This document shows, one piece after another, positions 1-8,600 of a DNA stretch of 25,001 nucleotides (position 1 is the stretch's first letter; each line of letters starts with the position of its first letter). The DNA is from a virus. Lineage: Duplodnaviria; Caudoviricetes. Below the pieces are notes generated by a model, which had not been told where the DNA came from, searched no databases, and saw only the letters and a list, made by a program, of their open reading frames with translations. The stretch is from IMG/VR virus record IMGVR_UViG_3300033067_000011, positions 1 to 25,001 of that record. One strand, written 5' to 3'. The position numbers and the translations under genes were made by a program.

Positions 1-77
1 TCTATATTATCTATAATATAATATCTATAATATCTAAAACCTAAATATAATATATATAATATATTAAATAGATTATA
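1..77. repeat. AT-rich low-complexity tract with TCTATAATAT repeats
   Basis: Almost only A/T/C; TCTATAATAT at 10-19 and 24-33 with degenerate copies; non-coding. Confidence 0.6.
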
Positions 78-100
78 CACTAAAACATAACTTCTGTCAA
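72..100 (-). promoter_or_regulatory. Leftward sigma70-type promoter
   Basis: Minus strand reads TTGACA (100-95), 17-bp spacer, TATAAT (77-72): perfect consensus. Confidence 0.8.
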
Positions 101-126
101 GTGAAATCTGTTTCGACAGTTTCACT
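100..126. other. Inverted repeat/hairpin with TTCG loop
   Basis: AGTGAAA-t-CTGT-TTCG-ACAG-TTTCACT; 11-bp stem with one bulge, adjacent to the -35 of the leftward promoter. Confidence 0.5.
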
Positions 127-157
127 GTCTCAAGAAGAAAATACACATCCTCTGTAA

Positions 158-197
158 GGAAGAGCAGAGCGAATCCGTTCCGTCTTCTCTTTCTTTT
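158..197 (+). terminator. Possible intrinsic terminator
   Basis: Imperfect stem GAAGA..GAGCG-AATC-CGTTC..TCTTC followed by TCTTTCTTTT. Confidence 0.3.
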
Positions 198-208
198 AAA
201 TAAATAAC

Positions 209-237
209 TTGACTTTTTTCTTTCTGTATGATATAAT
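209..237 (+). promoter_or_regulatory. Rightward sigma70-type promoter with extended -10
   Basis: TTGACT (209-214), 17 bp, TATAAT (232-237) preceded by TGn; RBS AAGGAG follows before ATG 275. Confidence 0.8.
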
Positions 238-251
238 GTTAAGTATAGAGT
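227..251 (+). repeat. 25-bp direct repeat, copy 1
   Basis: TATGATATAATGTTAAGTATAGAGT; 22/25 identical to 791-815. Confidence 0.75.
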
Positions 252-274
252 ATTAATTTGTCAAGGAGAAACAT

Positions 275-784
275 ATGGGAATTATTTGGAAGAATGAACT
301 AGAAGTAATCAAATCTTTGTTAAAAGAAGGGCAAACATTAGAACAGGTTGGAGAAAGGTATTCGGTATCTAGACAGAGGATTTACCAAGTACTAACAAAG
401 TATGGTATTCCTACACCACTACGAGAAAGAAAGAATTATTTACGAGACAAACCTGTTTCTGTTTATTGGCTTAATCATTTGCTTACAACCAAAGGTGTGA
501 CAGAAGAAGAAAGAATGTTGATATTGGAGCAGATTTCGTTACCTACTCATTGCCCTATTCTTGGGTTAGAACTTAATTATGACGGTAAAGGAGTACAGTC
601 TTTTGTCCGGGGAGAAGACTCTCCATCACTAGATCAGATAATCCCCAGTAAAGGATATACAGTAGACAATGTTCAAGTAATTTCTTGGAGAGCCAATAGA
701 ATTAAAAATGATGCTACTCCAGAAGAATTAATGAAGATAGCTCAATATATGTTTAAGTTGACAAAAAAAGATTCGAATGTATAA
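275..784 (+). CDS. HTH + HNH-like (beta-beta-alpha-Me) endonuclease, probable homing endonuclease
   Basis: N-terminal HTH (TLEQVGERYSVSRQRIYQVL); C-terminal CPILG...SPSLDQIIPSKGYTVDNVQVISWRANRIKN typical of phage HNH-like nucleases; AAGGAG RBS. Confidence 0.75.
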   Translation: MGIIWKNELEVIKSLLKEGQTLEQVGERYSVSRQRIYQVLTKYGIPTPLRERKNYLRDKPVSVYWLNHLLTTKGVTEEERMLILEQISLPTHCPILGLELNYDGKGVQSFVRGEDSPSLDQIIPSKGYTVDNVQVISWRANRIKNDATPEELMKIAQYMFKLTKKDSNV

Positions 785-801
785 TTGAATTATGGTATAA
801 T
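758..801 (+). promoter_or_regulatory. Tandem sigma70-type promoters upstream of the terminase operon
   Basis: TTGACA (758-763), 16 bp, TATAAT (780-785); second extended -10 TGgTATAAT (793-801). Confidence 0.75.
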
Positions 802-815
802 ATTAAGTATACAGT
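791..815 (+). repeat. 25-bp direct repeat, copy 2
   Basis: TATGGTATAATATTAAGTATACAGT; 22/25 identical to 227-251. Confidence 0.75.
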
Positions 816-842
816 GAAGAATTATTATAGGAAAGAAAAGCC

Positions 843-1391
843 ATGTCTAAGTATGATCCAGCTCGTTACCGTCCTGTCCCAAGAAAGAATTCCGGTTCCA
901 AGTCAGGATGGTGGTCAGAAGCTAAGAAGATTGAAGCATGTACTCTGTTCCTTGCAACAGGTTCTCCTGTAGCCACAGCAGCAGGGTCCGGTGTTCCAAT
1001 CGATACTATTCGTAAGTGGAGGGAATCTGTTTGGTGGAAAGAACTAGTAGAACAGATTCAACATGACGATGACTCTGAACTAGATGCTAAGACATCCAAG
1101 ATCATCCACAAAACTATGGACCTTCTAGCAGATCGAATCGAGAATGGAGAATTCATCTTCGATCAGAAAACAGGTGTAGTTAGACGCCTACCAATGAATG
1201 CCAGAACAGCAACTAAAGTAGCTACCGATCTGTTTGACAAACGACAGATTCTTCGTAAGCAACCAACTAAAATTGTAGAAACACAGAACATCGAAAGTCG
1301 TATCAATAAACTTGCTGACGAGTTTGCTAGATTCAGTCAGGCTAAAGACATTACACCGGAGGTTATAGTAGACGATGACTCAGTTGGTTAA
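843..1391 (+). CDS. terS: Putative terminase small subunit
   Basis: HTH-like segment (GSPVATAAGSGVPIDTIRKWR), helical C-terminus, 182 aa, located upstream of TerL. Confidence 0.6.
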   Translation: MSKYDPARYRPVPRKNSGSKSGWWSEAKKIEACTLFLATGSPVATAAGSGVPIDTIRKWRESVWWKELVEQIQHDDDSELDAKTSKIIHKTMDLLADRIENGEFIFDQKTGVVRRLPMNARTATKVATDLFDKRQILRKQPTKIVETQNIESRINKLADEFARFSQAKDITPEVIVDDDSVG

Positions 1392-1412
1392 CCCACCGAA
1401 AGGAAATAGACT

Positions 1413-1673
1413 ATGCCTCGCCGCGTGAGGGACTACAAAGCAGAATATAAAGCATATCACTCTAAGCCAGAACAAAAAAAGAACAGGGCAGCTCGTAATA
1501 CTGCTCGTGCTAAGATGGCTGCAGCAGGTAAAGTTTCTAAGGGTGATGGTAAAGATGTAGATCATAAGAAACCTCTGTCTAAGGGTGGTTCTAATGGTTC
1601 TAGCAACTTACGAGTAGTCTCTGCTTCTAAGAATCGTTCTTACAAACGAAATAAGAAAGGTGGGATGGCCTAA
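1413..1673 (+). CDS. Small basic HNH endonuclease (packaging-associated)
   Basis: DVDHKKPLSKGGSNGSSNLRVVSASKNR HNH motif; AAGGA RBS; its stop codon abuts the TerL start. Confidence 0.8.
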   Translation: MPRRVRDYKAEYKAYHSKPEQKKNRAARNTARAKMAAAGKVSKGDGKDVDHKKPLSKGGSNGSSNLRVVSASKNRSYKRNKKGGMA

Positions 1674-3188
1674 ATGTCAATTCTTACTGCAGGGGTTATA
1701 GAAGGTTTCTGTAACGCAACTCTGCGTAAGAACTTTGATAACCCAAGTCCAATCCCAAACTTTCACAGAGAACTTTGGGAACTCTGTTGTACTCGATCTC
1801 GGTATGTAGCAATTGCAGCTCCTCGTGGACATGCTAAATCTACTGCCATTACCCATACATATACTTTGGCTGCCTGTCTCTTCCGTGAACGAGACTATGT
1901 GCTTATCGTATCAGATACTGTAACCCAATCAATTCAGTTCTTGGCAGATATCAAGAAAGAGATTGCAGATAACGAAGACTTACAAGACCTCTTCGGTATC
2001 AAACTTCCTTTCGAGAAAGATACTGAAGATGATGTAATCGTGGAGTGTGAAGATGGGCACCGTTTCCGAATTCAAGCCAAAGGCGCAGAACAAAAACTCC
2101 GTGGACTCAAGTGGTCTAACAAGCGACCCAATCTCGTTGTCGTTGACGATCTCGAAAACGATGAAGCAGTGCTTAACAGAGATCGCCGAGAAAAACTTAA
2201 ACGTTGGTTTAATGGTGCTCTCCTCCCCTGTATATCTGACACAGGTATCGTTAGGGTGGTGGGGACTATACTCCACTTGGATTCGCTCCTTGAATCCTTA
2301 ATGCCTGAGAATCAACTCCACACTTCTAACAAGGCTAAGTTTCTTGTTAAGGAAGAGTTGAAAGAATACACTAATCACCGAACTCCTTGGAAGTCTGTTA
2401 AGTACAGAGCACATAACGAAGACTACTCAGAGATTCTGTGGAAAGAACGTTTCAGCAAAGAGAAACTTAAACTTGAAAAAGAGAAGTATGTTCAACAAGG
2501 CATGGTTGACTTGTACTCTCAAGAGTTCTTGAATGTTCCTCTGGATGAATCAAATACCATCTTCCGTAAGTCTGACTTTATCCCAATCAAAGATGAAGAC
2601 AGGAAACGTAGACTAAACTACTACATCACTGCTGACTTGGCAATCTCTCAAAAGCAACGATCAGACTATACTGTATTCTGTGTTGCTGGTATGGATGAAG
2701 ATAGCCGCTTACAGATTGTGAATGTTATTCGTGCTCGTATGGATGCAGCAGAGATCGTAGATATGATCCTGTCTCTTAACCGTCTTTACAAACCAATGTT
2801 GTTTGGTATCGAAGCAGGTAACATTCAGAAAGCAATTGGTCCTTTTCTTAATGAGGAAATGGTAAAACAGAGTCAGTATGTTAACGTAACTCTGTTGAAA
2901 CCCACTTCAGACAAAGTTACTAGAACTCGTTCAATGCAAGCACGTATGCGCATTGGTGCTGTTAAGTTTGACAAAGCAGCAGACTGGTATCCTGATCTAG
3001 AAGCTGAGATGATGCGCTTCCCTAGAGATCGTCATGATGACCAAGTAGATGCGTTAGCTTACATGGGTTTGATGTTGGATAAGATGTATGAGGCTGCTTC
3101 TGATGCTGAGATTGAAGAAGATGAGTACCAAGAAGAAATAGAAGAGTCTCGAACAGACACTGGCAGAAATCAATATACTGGATACTAA
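1674..3188 (+). CDS. terL: Terminase large subunit
   Basis: Walker A APRGHAKST, Walker B VVVDDLE, coupling motif VGT, RNase H-like nuclease motifs ITADLAIS..SDYT and HDDQVDALAY. Confidence 0.95.
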   Translation: MSILTAGVIEGFCNATLRKNFDNPSPIPNFHRELWELCCTRSRYVAIAAPRGHAKSTAITHTYTLAACLFRERDYVLIVSDTVTQSIQFLADIKKEIADNEDLQDLFGIKLPFEKDTEDDVIVECEDGHRFRIQAKGAEQKLRGLKWSNKRPNLVVVDDLENDEAVLNRDRREKLKRWFNGALLPCISDTGIVRVVGTILHLDSLLESLMPENQLHTSNKAKFLVKEELKEYTNHRTPWKSVKYRAHNEDYSEILWKERFSKEKLKLEKEKYVQQGMVDLYSQEFLNVPLDESNTIFRKSDFIPIKDEDRKRRLNYYITADLAISQKQRSDYTVFCVAGMDEDSRLQIVNVIRARMDAAEIVDMILSLNRLYKPMLFGIEAGNIQKAIGPFLNEEMVKQSQYVNVTLLKPTSDKVTRTRSMQARMRIGAVKFDKAADWYPDLEAEMMRFPRDRHDDQVDALAYMGLMLDKMYEAASDAEIEEDEYQEEIEESRTDTGRNQYTGY

Positions 3189-3191
3189 GAT

Positions 3192-5294
3192 ATGTCACTA
3201 GACGTTAAGATTAAACGTGAGACGTTGTTAACGTCACCAAACATTGCAGAACATCTGGATGAAGATGATCTCCGTAAAATAGGAACACAAATCTGGGATG
3301 GTTGGGACATTGACCGACAGTCTCGTGGTCCTTGGGAAGATAAGATGAAAACTTCTCTGGACTTTGCTTTGCAAGTAGCAGAAGAGAAAACATTCCCTTG
3401 GGTAGGTTCTAGCAATGTTAAGTTCCCTATCGTAACCATTGCAGCTCTTCAGTATCATGCCAGAGCATATCCTGCACTTCTTCCCGGCGCTGATATCGTC
3501 AAGTGCAAAGTATATGCAGACGATAAAAACGGAGAACTTGCTAAAGTAGCTAGTCGTATTGAGTCTCACATGTCGTATCAACTTCTTGAAGAAGATGAAG
3601 CATGGGAAGACAATATGGATCGTGTTTTGATTACACAGCCCATTATTGGTTGTGCATTTAAGAAATCTTACTACGATCCTATTCTAAAACATAACGTATC
3701 AAAGAACATCTTAGCTAAGGATTTGTACCTTCCGTACTATGCAGAGTCTATTGAAAAGGCTCCTCGTATTACTGAGGTAATCTACCTTTCCCACAACGAT
3801 GTTTATGAACGAGTAGCAAGGGGTGTCTATATTGATTATGACCAACCCCTCCGTCCGGCACAAGAAGGACAAGAAGTTCTGGAAGTTGCTCGGCAAGAAG
3901 CTCAAGGCATTATCCGTCCGGGTGACGATCCTATCCAACCTATTGAATTTCTGGAACAGCATTGTTATCTGGATTTGGACGGGGATGGTTACGCAGAACC
4001 TTATATCGTTACTGTTCGAAAAGATACGAAGCAAGTATATCGAATTGTTGCTCGATATTTTGACGATTCCATCACGTATGGCAGAGATGGAAAGACGGTT
4101 CTTAGTATTACTGCTGAACAGTATTATACTAAGTTCCCCTTTATCCCGAGTCCAGATGGTGGCATTTATGACTTGGGTTTTGGTGTACTTCTTGGCCCCT
4201 TGAATGCAGCAATTGATACTACTCTTAACCAACTTATCGATGCAGGTACTCTGTCTAATACAGCAGGTGGTTTCCTTGGTCGTGGAGTTAAGTTGAAGGG
4301 TGGAGACCATTCATTTAAACCCTTTGAATGGAAACGAGTTGACTCTACTGGAGATGATCTAGCGAAGGGTATTTATCCTCTACCAGTACGAGAACCTAGT
4401 CCTGTTCTGTTCCAACTACTGTCTCTTCTGATTGAGTATGGTGAGCGGATTGGTATGGCCACTGATCCAATGACTGGACAGAACGTAGGACAAAACACTA
4501 AAGCAGGTACAATGGACGCCATGATCCGTGAAGGAGAAAAGGTATTCAACGGAATCTTTAAGCGTACTTACCGAGCTTTGAAATTTGAGTTTAGGAAACT
4601 GTATCGACTGAATCAAATCTATCTTCCATCTGAACAAGATATGGATGAGATGTTTAGTCACGTAGCTTCGATCAAACGAAATGACTACAGTTTCAGTTCT
4701 AAGATTATCTTCCCTGCCGCTGATCCTTATATGATTAGTGATGACAACAGAATGCAACAAGCCATGGCCTTGAAGCAAGCTGCCCAGTCTACTCCAGGGT
4801 ATAATCGATATGAAGTAGAGAAAAGATTCTTGTCTGCTATTAAGGTACAGGATATTGAAGCAGTATTTCCTGATCCTAAAGGTCCTAATGCAATTCCTCC
4901 ACAGCCTCATCCAAAAGTTCAGATTGAACAGATGAAGACTCAGGTTAAGCAAATGGACATCCAACTCAAGGCTAAGATTGCTCAGATGGAACTCCTGCAA
5001 GAGGCAGAAGTCAATCGTGCTAAGATTACTAAACTTGAGGCAGACGCAGTTAAGGCATTGGCTGAAGCAGACGGCGTGAAAGCAGGACACGCAATTGCTC
5101 TTATTGAGGCTCAAATTGGTGCAGCAAAGAATCACCAAGATGGTATTCTCAAGGTCATTGATATCCTGCAAAAACAGTTAGGAGAAGGTAGTGACACTGG
5201 ACGAATGGCAGGAATGGCGTCAGCATCCGGCAACTCTGGAGGTGCTCAACCATCTGAAGGCAACTCAGCAGGAACTCCAACGCCTATGGGCTAA
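3192..5294 (+). CDS. Portal protein (podoviral, with C-terminal coiled-coil barrel)
   Basis: 700 aa directly after TerL; motifs FPWVGSSNVKFP, LDLDGDGYAEPYIVTV, NQLIDAGTLSN; Q/K/A-rich helical C-terminus. Confidence 0.88.
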   Translation: MSLDVKIKRETLLTSPNIAEHLDEDDLRKIGTQIWDGWDIDRQSRGPWEDKMKTSLDFALQVAEEKTFPWVGSSNVKFPIVTIAALQYHARAYPALLPGADIVKCKVYADDKNGELAKVASRIESHMSYQLLEEDEAWEDNMDRVLITQPIIGCAFKKSYYDPILKHNVSKNILAKDLYLPYYAESIEKAPRITEVIYLSHNDVYERVARGVYIDYDQPLRPAQEGQEVLEVARQEAQGIIRPGDDPIQPIEFLEQHCYLDLDGDGYAEPYIVTVRKDTKQVYRIVARYFDDSITYGRDGKTVLSITAEQYYTKFPFIPSPDGGIYDLGFGVLLGPLNAAIDTTLNQLIDAGTLSNTAGGFLGRGVKLKGGDHSFKPFEWKRVDSTGDDLAKGIYPLPVREPSPVLFQLLSLLIEYGERIGMATDPMTGQNVGQNTKAGTMDAMIREGEKVFNGIFKRTYRALKFEFRKLYRLNQIYLPSEQDMDEMFSHVASIKRNDYSFSSKIIFPAADPYMISDDNRMQQAMALKQAAQSTPGYNRYEVEKRFLSAIKVQDIEAVFPDPKGPNAIPPQPHPKVQIEQMKTQVKQMDIQLKAKIAQMELLQEAEVNRAKITKLEADAVKALAEADGVKAGHAIALIEAQIGAAKNHQDGILKVIDILQKQLGEGSDTGRMAGMASASGNSGGAQPSEGNSAGTPTPMG

Positions 5295-5421
5295 TGGTAG
5301 TTATACTACTGAGAAAGCAGATGGTACAATTCAATTGAATGCAGAAGCTATTGGTATGTACAAAGCATATCAATACATCCTTGAGTTAGACTACGAGACA
5401 GTTGTAGAGGGTTATGAGTAA
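5191..5421 (+). CDS. Small helical phage protein between portal and GroES
   Basis: GTG start with AGGAG upstream; EWQEWRQHPAT motif; stop overlaps next ATG (TAATG); overlaps portal 3' end by 104 nt. Confidence 0.7.
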   Translation: MTLDEWQEWRQHPATLEVLNHLKATQQELQRLWANGSYTTEKADGTIQLNAEAIGMYKAYQYILELDYETVVEGYE

Positions 5422-5747
5422 TGGCAAAAAATAAAAGTGGTATCTCTCCTGTAGGTACTGTTATTCTTGTTCTTCCCGATCCAATCGAAGAGAAGACAGA
5501 TAGCGGTATCATCGTTTCTACTGGGTCTGAGTTGGATAGGCAACAAATGGCCCAGACAGATGGAGTGGTAATTGCAATCTCTCCGGATGCGTTTACTGAC
5601 CTTGGAGAAGGAAAGAATCGCTGTAAGGTAGGAGACAGAGTTATTTTTGCTAAATATGCAGGCATGGTTCGCAAAGGCACTGATGAACAATCATATCGTC
5701 TTATCCATGACCGAGATGTGTTGGCTGTACTAGGAGAAACTAAATGA
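5421..5747 (+). CDS. groES: GroES/Cpn10-like co-chaperonin
   Basis: ISPVGTVILV, mobile loop EEKTDSGIIV, GVVIAI, KVGDRVIFAKYAG and YRLIHDRDVLAVL match the Cpn10 pattern. Confidence 0.9.
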   Translation: MAKNKSGISPVGTVILVLPDPIEEKTDSGIIVSTGSELDRQQMAQTDGVVIAISPDAFTDLGEGKNRCKVGDRVIFAKYAGMVRKGTDEQSYRLIHDRDVLAVLGETK

Positions 5748-6535
5748 GTGAAGAAGCAGATATCGTACAAGTAGTAGAACCAAGTCCCGCTGAGAATGAA
5801 GCCCGTAAGTTTGGGTGGGTTCCAGCAGATGAGTTTAAAGGTGAACCGGAAGCATGGCGTGACGCAGATGAATTTCTCCGTCGTGGTCGTGAAATTAATG
5901 GGTTCCTTCGTAAGGATTTGGACAAACTAAATAGTCGAAATGCTACTCTAGAAGCTGAACTTAATGAGATGAAAAGTACTCTCACAGAGTTCAGTAAGTT
6001 TCACCAAGAAACTGAGAAACGTGCTTATGAACGTGCTCTCAAAGACTTGAAGGAAGCTAAAAAAGAAGCTATTGCAGATGGTGACGGAGAACGAGTCTTG
6101 GCTATTGAAGACGAGATCGAAGCTCTAAAAGAAGTTAAACCAACTGAAAAGAAAGTAGCTCCTCAAGAACAGCCACAAGTAGATCAGGTTTTTATTGATT
6201 GGGTAGAACAAAACCAATGGTACAGTAAAGACGAAGACTTGACTGTCTTTGCAAATGGTTTTGCAGAACACCTGCGTAAACAGAACCCAAAACTTATTGG
6301 TAGGAAGTTCCTAGACGAAGTTGAGAAGAAAGTTAAAGATGCTTTCCCCCATCGTTTTGAGAATCCTAACCGAGAACGTCCTAGTCCAGTAGATGCTTCC
6401 ACTCCTACTCGTGGAGCTACCGGCAAGAAGTCTTATAATGACTTGCCAGCAGAAGCTAAACAAGCCTGTGATAAGTTTGTTAAGCAAGGTCTATTGACAA
6501 AAGAGCAGTACGTAAAAGAATATTTTGGAGTATAA
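5744..6535 (+). CDS. Putative capsid scaffolding protein
   Basis: Charged, coiled-coil rich; EARKFGWVP..F.G...W N-terminus and short C-terminal helical motif (LTKEQYVKEY); lies between portal and capsid genes. Confidence 0.65.
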   Translation: MSEEADIVQVVEPSPAENEARKFGWVPADEFKGEPEAWRDADEFLRRGREINGFLRKDLDKLNSRNATLEAELNEMKSTLTEFSKFHQETEKRAYERALKDLKEAKKEAIADGDGERVLAIEDEIEALKEVKPTEKKVAPQEQPQVDQVFIDWVEQNQWYSKDEDLTVFANGFAEHLRKQNPKLIGRKFLDEVEKKVKDAFPHRFENPNRERPSPVDASTPTRGATGKKSYNDLPAEAKQACDKFVKQGLLTKEQYVKEYFGV

Positions 6536-6538
6536 GAT

Positions 6539-7000
6539 ATGGCTCGCGCCCAAGTTAGTGAAGTAGTACCAGAAGAAAAGACAACCCCAGAGCAGAAACG
6601 TGCATCTCGCCAACGCATTCCGTTTGGTGTTCCTCGTAGTAAGCTCTCTGTTCCGTATGGTATCCCCGGTTATCACTTGCACTTTGTCAATGATGAAGCT
6701 GGACGTGTATATGCTGCAGAACAGGGTGGGTATGAATTTGTCGAACCAAAAGAAGTAGGTCTGGATGGTACTGAATCACGGTACAAGGTTCTGGTTGGTA
6801 AGACTGAAAGTGGTGAGGGTTTGTTCGCATATCTTATGAAGATTCGTGAAGAGTGGTACGAAGAAGATCAAGCTGAGAATCAACGAAGCGTAGATCAAGT
6901 TGAGTATGCAATTCAGAATGGAACATTTGAGAACGATCCTAGCCAGAAACGCTATGTCAAAAAAGACATGATGAAATTTAGTTCTAAAATTGAAAGGTAA
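6539..7000 (+). CDS. Phage hypothetical protein (head module)
   Basis: 153-aa ORF with GGAG RBS and phage-like codon usage; function not recognisable. Confidence 0.7.
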   Translation: MARAQVSEVVPEEKTTPEQKRASRQRIPFGVPRSKLSVPYGIPGYHLHFVNDEAGRVYAAEQGGYEFVEPKEVGLDGTESRYKVLVGKTESGEGLFAYLMKIREEWYEEDQAENQRSVDQVEYAIQNGTFENDPSQKRYVKKDMMKFSSKIER

Positions 7001-7005
7001 ACTAA

Positions 7006-7665
7006 ATGGCTAACGTAAATGCTCCATTTGGTCTCCGTCCTGCTAAACATATTGGCGGAGCCTCGTGGAATCAACAAACAACTATGTATTACATTCCATC
7101 GACAGATGGTAATGCTTTCTACGTAGGTGATCTGGTAGTGTCTGCTGCTGGTGGTGATACAACTACCGGTGCTTCGGCAGTCACTCTTGCTCTTAATACT
7201 AACCGCTCTACTAACTTTACTTCAGGTAATATTCGTGGTGTGATTGTTGGTATTGGCTCGGCAGTAACCACTTCTGGTGGTAGCTTCCCCGGTGCATTCG
7301 ATCCGAACAACCTCAACGTATCGTATATCCCAGCAACTAAGTCTGTGGGTTACTATGTTTGGGTAGTTGATGATCCGACTGTTATCTTTGAAGCACAATG
7401 TGATTCGGGCACTCTGGCTACTACTTCGTACAACAAGAATATTGCATTCTTGCCAACTGCGAATACTAGCTCGTTGACCACTACTGGTGGTGTTCTGCAA
7501 TCGGCAGGTGTGCTCGTTACATCGACTGCAAATACTACTTCGGCTCTGCCATTGAAACTCATTGGCGCACCTAACCGTCCTGACAATGATTTGACTCTGG
7601 GTTACGCAACCTACTATGTCCGAATCAACCAGTCCGAGTTCGGTAACAACACCGCTGGTGTGTAA
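7006..7665 (+). CDS. Putative capsid decoration/cement protein
   Basis: MANVNAPFGLRP N-terminus and VVDDPTVIFEAQ motif; T/G/S-rich beta character; immediately upstream of major capsid gene. Confidence 0.6.
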   Translation: MANVNAPFGLRPAKHIGGASWNQQTTMYYIPSTDGNAFYVGDLVVSAAGGDTTTGASAVTLALNTNRSTNFTSGNIRGVIVGIGSAVTTSGGSFPGAFDPNNLNVSYIPATKSVGYYVWVVDDPTVIFEAQCDSGTLATTSYNKNIAFLPTANTSSLTTTGGVLQSAGVLVTSTANTTSALPLKLIGAPNRPDNDLTLGYATYYVRINQSEFGNNTAGV

Positions 7666-7683
7666 TTAATTAAGGAGATATAG

Positions 7684-8598
7684 ATGGCTGGCGTTATTAT
7701 GACAAGCAACCATCCTAAGGCCCTTTGGCCTGGGGTGAATGCATGGTGGGGTAAATCGTACCAAGACCACCAAACTGAATACACTGACTTGTTTGATACT
7801 CATACTTCGAGTCAAGCGTATGAAGAAGATGTACAGATTGTGGGTTTTGGTCTGGCTCCTGTTAAACAACAAGGTGCTCCGGTACAGTATGATTCGGAAA
7901 TTCAAGGTTTCCTGACTCGCTATACTCACGTAGCATACGCTCTGGGTTACATCGTAACTCATGAGGAACTGCAGGATAATCTGTATGAAGCTGTTTCTAA
8001 AACTCGTGCAGCGTCCTTGGCGCGTGGTTTCCGACAAACTAAAGAACGTGTGGCTGCGAACATCTACAACCGCGCATTTAACAGTTCTTATGTTGGGGGT
8101 GACGGTATTGCTCTGTGTAGCACTGCCCACGTTAATACTTCGGGGGGTACTTGGTCGAATAAGCTCGCAGTAGATGCTGATCTGTCTGAAGCTGCTCTGG
8201 AAGATATTACCATCCAGATCATGCAAGCCCAAGATGATCGTGGCCTGTTGATTAACCTGATGCCGAAATCGTTGCACATCGCTCCGGCCAACTGGTACAA
8301 TGCAAATCGTATCCTGAAGTCGGTGTACCAAACGGGTACTGCTAACAACGACATCAACGTAATCAAAGCTACCAATGCTCTGCCGATGGGTATTAAACTG
8401 AACCATTACTTCACTGCTCCGCAGGCATGGTTCATTCGTACCAACGTACAGAACGGCATGAAGTACTTCGAGCGTGAAGCAATCAGCTTTAGCCAAGACA
8501 ATGACTTCGATACCAAAAATGCGAAAGCTGCGGCATACGAACGTTATTCGTTTGGTTGGACTGATCCTCGCGCAATCTACGGTTCTAACGGCCCGTAA
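7684..8598 (+). CDS. Major capsid protein (HK97 fold)
   Basis: 304 aa; strong RBS TAAGGAG; highly biased codons; motifs RYTHVAYALGY, KERVAANIYNRAF and ERYSFGWTDPRAIYGS; followed by strong terminator. Confidence 0.9.
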   Translation: MAGVIMTSNHPKALWPGVNAWWGKSYQDHQTEYTDLFDTHTSSQAYEEDVQIVGFGLAPVKQQGAPVQYDSEIQGFLTRYTHVAYALGYIVTHEELQDNLYEAVSKTRAASLARGFRQTKERVAANIYNRAFNSSYVGGDGIALCSTAHVNTSGGTWSNKLAVDADLSEAALEDITIQIMQAQDDRGLLINLMPKSLHIAPANWYNANRILKSVYQTGTANNDINVIKATNALPMGIKLNHYFTAPQAWFIRTNVQNGMKYFEREAISFSQDNDFDTKNAKAAAYERYSFGWTDPRAIYGSNGP

Positions 8599-8600
8599 TG

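Noticed and set aside
1474-1500. In-frame A-AAA-AAG slippery heptamer in the small HNH gene
   Set aside because: The -1 frame hits TAA within a few codons and no stimulatory structure is evident.
3234-5171. Minus-strand ORFs (115, 199, 251 aa) opposite the portal
   Set aside because: Shadow frames of a well-supported gene, with unnatural composition.
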